Assembly: GCA_036630325.1 (NCBI GenBank)
Contig: CP142732.1
Span: 62,001 to 126,000, forward strand
Direction: 5' to 3'
DNA: 64,000 bases
From: Vairimorpha necatrix
Lineage: Eukaryota
In this document: positions 63,330 to 64,000 of the stretch, one piece after another
How the letters are laid out: each line of letters begins with the position of its first letter
Position numbering within the stretch: position 1 is the stretch's first letter
Program-made: the position numbers and the translations under genes
Notes under the pieces: generated by a model
Told to the model about the DNA's origin: nothing
Databases searched by the model: none
What the model saw: the letters and a program-made list of their open reading frames with translations, nothing else

Positions 63330-63710
63330 ATGCATATAAATCTCTTTTCTAATTGTTGTAAGAGAACAACCAGACTAAATTCGAAGCAAATTTCTATTAC
63401 TTACAGGATTGAAATAAATTTTAAAAACAAGAGGGCTATGTCCCTATTGCGGATCCCATGAGAAGAATGCGAATCATTTAGCCTCGAGTTTGATCTGATG
63501 TTCGTAGTTAAATTATATGAAAAGACATAATGAGCCCAATATATGTATTCATTTGTTATGTGTAATTTTGGTCTGTGAAATCAAAAAGGATACGTATATC
63601 TCAGTATATCATATTATAAGTAATCAAGTTAAAATAAAAGAGGACATGGGAATATCTACAAATATAAAAATAAACTTTTATAATCAAATTCACTTAGTCA
63701 GAGAATAATA
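63330..63710 (+). mobile_element. R4/Dong-like non-LTR fragment (zinc-finger region)
   Basis: LCPYCGSHEKNANHLAS..YMKRHNE, homologous to 26340-26440. Confidence 0.7.
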
Positions 63711-64000
63711 AAAATGTAAATTTTATAGTGAAAGTTGATATCACAATCTAGTTCGACTTACTATAGTCTAGAACGAAAAGGCAAGAAAATATGAATTTCA
63801 AGCTAATTACAAAGTCTAATACGTAAATATGAACAAGAATGGTTTTATATGTGATGATATAAGACAAAGTCAAGTAAAAATATGGTATAAAGTACAAAAA
63901 CGAGCAGAAATAGACCTCCTGTATAGCATACACCCAGACGGGGTGATGAAGAATTCTTTTGAGCACATCTTTTGGACAAAGACGAGGATACGTTCCAAAG

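Noticed and set aside
1-64000. tRNA or rRNA genes
   Set aside because: None recognised; tRNA-like matches are limited to primer-binding sites.

Overview
Very AT-rich, gene-sparse eukaryotic DNA that looks microsporidian (Nosema/Vairimorpha-like): intronless genes with a CCC motif just upstream of the ATG, plus Ty3/Gypsy, Merlin, piggyBac and restriction-endonuclease-type non-LTR relics. I can support five host genes: a farnesyl-diphosphate synthase and two pairs of paralogous, probably secreted, unknown proteins (one member of each pair is frameshifted). Most of the rest is transposon-derived. 32634-44922 is a four-level nest (Gypsy E > TIR element G > Gypsy B > Gypsy A). The most unusual signal is a Gypsy lineage seen as nine LTR copies (two elements, six solo LTRs). 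Its LTRs start with a TGTGGT..ACCAC(A) hairpin and contain the promoter, start codon and N-terminus of Gag. In both copies that keep an internal region, the 5' LTR is followed by a 12-bp palindrome with a compensatory change instead of a tRNA primer-binding site, which suggests tRNA-independent priming. Other Gypsy families here have 47-57 bp LTRs, and one appears to lack a protease. All calls are by eye; no database searches were run.
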